Part shown: piece after piece, positions 59,736-64,000 of the stretch | Layout: the number at the start of each line of letters is the position of its first letter | Position numbering within the stretch: position 1 is the first letter of the stretch | DNA from: an uncultured virus (IMG/VR IMGVR_UViG_3300006213_000002) | Taxonomy: Duplodnaviria > Heunggongvirae > Uroviricota > Caudoviricetes | Reading direction: 5' to 3' (one strand) | DNA: 64,000 nt | Virus record (IMG/VR): IMGVR_UViG_3300006213_000002 | Location: 1 to 64,000 of that record | Translations under genes and position numbers: made by a program | The notes under the pieces: generated by a model | What the model saw: the letters and a program-made list of their open reading frames with translations, nothing else | What the model was told of the DNA's origin: nothing | The model's database searches: none

Positions 59736-60881
59736 TTACATCACCTCAAGTTCATATATTTCATCAAATTGTCCTTTAACAGTTTTATCTTTTTCATTAA
59801 ATACTAATCTCTTTGGATCAGCTTCAGGTGTAGGACAACCAATAATTTCTTCTCCTGTATTAGTGTTAATTGCTTTAAACCTTGCTTTATCTTCATCTTT
59901 ATGCCATTCGACTACATATTTTTTTGGAATATTCTCATATATAACTGAATTACTTGAATCTAATTCAGGACCATCCCATGTAGATGGATCAAAATTATTG
60001 CTTAATACAGAATTAGATGCCTGCGGGGTATTTGGTCTAGTACCTGTAACTTGATAAAATCCATTAGGATTATAACTATCTGGACCACTTGATGTTGTTA
60101 TATTCACATTTGATTGCATTGGCTGTTGTACAGGTGGTTGTACTGGAGGTTGCGCAAATTGACTACTTGTATCTCCAAATAATGATGATGCTATACTAGA
60201 TCCTAATAATCCAAGATCATTACTATCACCTACAGAAGATGAACCGCCAAGTTCAGAATCTAATTTCTTTTGTCTCATATAAAGATCAGCAATATTCTTT
60301 TTCAAGTTACCAATTTCTCTTAAATAACCTAAAGAATTAGATCTTGATGCATTTACAGCTGCAGCTAAATCTACCATTGTTTTATTTAATGGCATAGCAT
60401 CTTTTGTGTTAGGCCCAGCCATATTTTGAAATCGTTTCTGTAATTCAATAGTAAATCTATTCTGATCTGCTACTAAATTTTTTAACATATTTAATTCAGC
60501 ATTGAATTCCTTTTGGAAATTTTTCTTTTTAGGTTTTTTAGGTTTAGCTACTGTAATATCAGATGTTATATCATCACTAATCCATTTTTTATATTTCTTT
60601 TTTCTTTTCTTTTCATCTGAATATTCAAGATCATCTCCAGTTAACCCATATAATACTTCTTTCCAATTATCTAAATCTCTTTCTCTTTTTTCTTTTTTAG
60701 ACAATTTTGTACCATCTTCTTTTTTATTTTTCTTTTCTTTCTCTTCTCTTTTCTTTTCTTGTCTCTCCATTCGTTCAATTTCTTTTTGTTCGCGTTCTTG
60801 TAAACGCTTTTCTAAAAGACTAGAATATATAGAGTGAACTGAAGACTTTACATCGTCTTCTGTATGATTATTTTTACTCAT
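59736..60881 (-). CDS. Hypothetical protein (charged N-terminus, coiled coil, P/Q-rich linker)
   Basis: 381 aa, abutting the next gene. Confidence 0.7.
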   Translation of the reverse strand: MSKNNHTEDDVKSSVHSIYSSLLEKRLQEREQKEIERMERQEKKREEKEKKNKKEDGTKLSKKEKRERDLDNWKEVLYGLTGDDLEYSDEKKRKKKYKKWISDDITSDITVAKPKKPKKKNFQKEFNAELNMLKNLVADQNRFTIELQKRFQNMAGPNTKDAMPLNKTMVDLAAAVNASRSNSLGYLREIGNLKKNIADLYMRQKKLDSELGGSSSVGDSNDLGLLGSSIASSLFGDTSSQFAQPPVQPPVQQPMQSNVNITTSSGPDSYNPNGFYQVTGTRPNTPQASNSVLSNNFDPSTWDGPELDSSNSVIYENIPKKYVVEWHKDEDKARFKAINTNTGEEIIGCPTPEADPKRLVFNEKDKTVKGQFDEIYELEVM

Positions 60882-60980
60882 TATTGTAACCTCTCTTTCT
60901 TTTTAAACGATATATTCTGTTATTAGGATAGTTTAATAGGCTATTCTATATAATTATTATAATAATAGGAGGAATTTAAA

Positions 60981-62030
60981 ATGTCAAATGCAAAAGAATT
61001 GGATTCTAAGGTAATTACAGCAGGAGGTATTATAAAACATATCTCAGAACTAAAAGAAGGAGAAAATGTGATTGATTATGTAACAGGTGAATTATTACAT
61101 GTAGAAAGCGTAGAAGAAGAACCAGGATTAAGATTTACAATGTTAACATATAATGATCATAGAACACAGATAGTTCCATTAAATGGATTAGTGTATACTG
61201 GTATTAACATAGTACCATTATTGAATATACTAGATAAATCAAAGAACAATCCTCAATTTTTAAGTATATTTAAAAAATTTTATCAAGTATATACTAAGAC
61301 AGAATTATCTACTATACAGATTACAAAATCACCTTTCTTTATAGGTTGTATAGTTGTATATGGTGATGATAGTAAATGCCCATTTGTATCATTTAAAATG
61401 GAAAAGGAAGAATTTGAAAATATTTTAATAAGATCTAAAATGAATGAGAAATATGGCTGTACAGATAAAGATGAAAATGGTAATGTAATATTACAATATA
61501 AAGATGGTCATACTTTAACATGGTCACAATATTTATCATCAGATATAATGTTTTATGATATGGAGAAAAAAGAAATACCAACATATTTTTATTTAGCTAG
61601 AAATGATATTAAAGAAGACTTTATATCAGGTATGATAGAAATGACATTTAATCCAAAATTGGTAAATGATGGTATAACATTATCATCAGATGATAATGAA
61701 TTATTAATTCAAATAAGAAATTATTTATATCATATAGGTATTATATCAATATTTGAGATAAATAATAATCCTGCTTCTAATTTTAATTATAATCTTATTA
61801 TAGTTGGATTATCAGAAAATAATTGGCCTAAATTCTTTGATAATATTCCAGTATTAAATAAATATATAGAAACATATGGTAGACAAAGTGCTGGTGATTT
61901 TGAATTAAGATTATCATCTATCAGAGCTATAAATTTATCAAATGTAAAATCATCATATAATATTAAAGTAAAGGAAGGTAAAAATAAAATTATCTTAACA
62001 AGTAATTATTTACCTAGAGTAACATTATAA
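60981..62030 (+). CDS. Free-standing degenerate intein-like protein (Hint plus LAGLIDADG remnants)
   Basis: N-term AKELDSKVITAGG..HISELKEGENV; FFIGCIVVYG and FISGMIE; C-term SYNIKV..ILTSNY; own RBS and terminator. Confidence 0.65.
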   Translation: MSNAKELDSKVITAGGIIKHISELKEGENVIDYVTGELLHVESVEEEPGLRFTMLTYNDHRTQIVPLNGLVYTGINIVPLLNILDKSKNNPQFLSIFKKFYQVYTKTELSTIQITKSPFFIGCIVVYGDDSKCPFVSFKMEKEEFENILIRSKMNEKYGCTDKDENGNVILQYKDGHTLTWSQYLSSDIMFYDMEKKEIPTYFYLARNDIKEDFISGMIEMTFNPKLVNDGITLSSDDNELLIQIRNYLYHIGIISIFEINNNPASNFNYNLIIVGLSENNWPKFFDNIPVLNKYIETYGRQSAGDFELRLSSIRAINLSNVKSSYNIKVKEGKNKIILTSNYLPRVTL

Positions 62031-62159
62031 AAATATACAAAAGGGAGACTAAATCTCCCTTTATTTTTTTTATCCTCTTTTAGATAATTATATATTTTAA
62101 ACTTGATACTTAATCTAAAAATTATAAAAATAATTTTATCTTAAGGAGGATTTAAACAT

Positions 62160-63467
62160 ATGGCAACAAAAAAAGCAGTGGATATAATAGCTGATCAATT
62201 AGATATAATGCAAACATTTAATCCACTATCTGTAGCATTGAAAGAAAATGATAAAAAGAATCTATTCAATACTAATGCAATTACAGCATTTATTAGAACT
62301 GGATATCCATTAATAGATTATTATTTTGGATCATTGATAAATGTACATGATGAATTAGGAAAATTAATTAGACAAGAACCAAGAATAGGCCAAGCAGCAG
62401 GTACATTTAACCTTATAGTAGGAGCCAGTGGTTCTGGAAAAAGTACATTAGCAGAACAAATTGCTGCATATATACTTAGGCAATTTAAGTTAGCAAATGT
62501 TATTCATTTTGATACAGAACAACGTACAGATATTAGTAGAATTGAATCTGTAACAAAATTACCAATACAATATTTTGCAAGTAAAGATGGTAGTACTCCA
62601 AGATATATGTTAAAAAGTGGAGCAGTTAGTTTATCTATGATACAAGCTATGTTGGTACAAATGGCTGTAACTAAGATAAGGCTTAGAGAACAAATAAAAA
62701 TTAATATGGGATATAATGATGAATTTGGTAAACCTGTAATTATACTACCTCCTACCATAGTTATTATTGATTCAATTACATCTGTTATAGATGAAACATT
62801 CAATGTTGATAATTCTAAAGAAGTAAAAGATGCAGAAAAGATGAGGAGTAATACTGAAGGAGCAAGAGATGCAAAGACTCTTAAAGGTTTCTTTAAAGAT
62901 ATACTTCCACTATGTAAAGAAGCCGATATTATCATTTATGGTATTAATCATATTAACACTAATATGAGTATGAATGCATTTACTCCAGTAGCTAGACAAC
63001 AAAATTATCTTAAACAAGATGAAAGTATACCAGGTGGAAAGACAATGTTATATTATCCGTATAACATTATTAAATTAACAGCTTTGCCATCTGATAACTT
63101 TACAATGGAGAGTGATGGTTTTGAAGGTCATTTAGTTAGATTTGAACCAATTAAATCATCTTCTAATCAATCAGGCAATGATAGTAAGGGTATATCTTTT
63201 GAACAAGTATTTTCATTTAAAGAAGGATTTGATTCATTACGTTCATTAATATTATATGGAAGGGAAAATGGATTCATAGAAGGTAATAAGACAAGATATA
63301 AATTTAAAAATGATCCAGAATGTACTTTCTCATGGAAAAATATTTATAACGAATTAAATGAAAAACCTATATGGAAAAATACTAAAGAAATAATTATTCC
63401 ACATCTTGAAACACATTTACCATGGATAGAAAATAAAGAATTCAATGATTGTCTATTAGATTATTAA
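62160..63467 (+). CDS. RecA/UvsX-like recombinase
   Basis: RTGYPLID, GASGSGKST, HFDTE, VIIDSI, GINHI, PGGK. Confidence 0.88.
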   Translation: MATKKAVDIIADQLDIMQTFNPLSVALKENDKKNLFNTNAITAFIRTGYPLIDYYFGSLINVHDELGKLIRQEPRIGQAAGTFNLIVGASGSGKSTLAEQIAAYILRQFKLANVIHFDTEQRTDISRIESVTKLPIQYFASKDGSTPRYMLKSGAVSLSMIQAMLVQMAVTKIRLREQIKINMGYNDEFGKPVIILPPTIVIIDSITSVIDETFNVDNSKEVKDAEKMRSNTEGARDAKTLKGFFKDILPLCKEADIIIYGINHINTNMSMNAFTPVARQQNYLKQDESIPGGKTMLYYPYNIIKLTALPSDNFTMESDGFEGHLVRFEPIKSSSNQSGNDSKGISFEQVFSFKEGFDSLRSLILYGRENGFIEGNKTRYKFKNDPECTFSWKNIYNELNEKPIWKNTKEIIIPHLETHLPWIENKEFNDCLLDY

Positions 63468-63469
63468 AA

Positions 63470-63499
63470 ATAAAGGGTGGTTTAATTCCACCCTTTATT
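63470..63499. terminator. Bidirectional terminator
   Basis: ataaagggtggtttaattccaccctttatt. Confidence 0.8.
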
Positions 63500-63563
63500 T
63501 TTATATTATTTATATGATAATCCTAAATGCAGTATGTTTATTATAATCGACATAATATAAACT

Positions 63564-64000
63564 TTATAAATATTTTATAATGTAACCATCAAAATCAGCT
63601 CCAGTAATTAATATTTGTTCACATAATTTTTCGATTGTATCTTTATCAGTAACCTGTATCGTATTAAGTTTCTTATATGATTTTTCTTTTTCATTATTTT
63701 CTTGGAATAATTGAGAGTATTTTATGGAACCATAATCAAAATCATTAGGTCTATTATATACAAATAAATCACATATTTTTTTGCATTCTTCTTCAGATTC
63801 AGCTAATACAAACATAATATCATTAAATGATATTAATGGATAATGTACTACTAGCCAAATATTTTCTTTAGTATAATAAACCTTATCATCAGAAAAAGGA
63901 ACACTTATAGCACATTTATTATCTTTCTTAAGATTAATAATATTTATTGATGTTTTATAACCAAATTTTGTCAAAACATTAATAACATGATTCGAAGATT
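63564..64000 (-). CDS. Hypothetical protein, 3' part (start probably outside the window)
   Basis: Frame appears open to the window edge. Confidence 0.5.
   Translation of the reverse strand, partial: SSNHVINVLTKFGYKTSINIINLKKDNKCAISVPFSDDKVYYTKENIWLVVHYPLISFNDIMFVLAESEEECKKICDLFVYNRPNDFDYGSIKYSQLFQENNEKEKSYKKLNTIQVTDKDTIEKLCEQILITGADFDGYIIKYL

Noticed and set aside
839..62935. Many short antisense or out-of-frame ORFs (e.g. 839, 1208, 6586, 17926, 21877, 28790, 57058, 62504)
   Set aside because: They lie within longer genes that have clear motifs or RBS; treated as shadow ORFs.

Overview
A 64 kb segment of a very AT-rich jumbo bacteriophage of the phiKZ/AR9(PBS1)-like type. The host is probably an anaerobic Firmicute, inferred from AGGAGG ribosome-binding sites and NrdD/NrdG. 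It encodes a T4-gp21-like prohead protease, several probable virion proteins, multisubunit RNA polymerase subunits, part of a split family-B DNA polymerase, RecA/UvsX, RNase HI, dUTPase, NrdG, intein-containing NrdD, an intein-containing radical SAM/SPASM maturase and a QueC-like enzyme. Five group I intron-type elements were located by hand from P/Q/R/S core motifs and splice-site pairings. Three split the catalytic RNAP beta-prime gene and put part of the NADFDGD motif on a 13-nt micro-exon; one of these loops out an antisense GIY-YIG gene and seems to end in A rather than G. A fourth splits a 574-aa gene. The main oddities are: (1) a fifth, apparently chimeric intron lies between the 5' exon of one RNAP beta gene and the 3' exon of a different RNAP beta gene, suggesting trans-splicing, intron-mediated rearrangement or misassembly; (2) three dispersed genes with a constant N-terminus, His-repeats and variable C-terminus, about 20 kb apart, each preceded by a different perfect palindrome of the same architecture; (3) a GC-rich structured RNA candidate; (4) a free-standing, catalytically dead intein gene. 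All family calls are by-eye motif recognition; no database searches were run.
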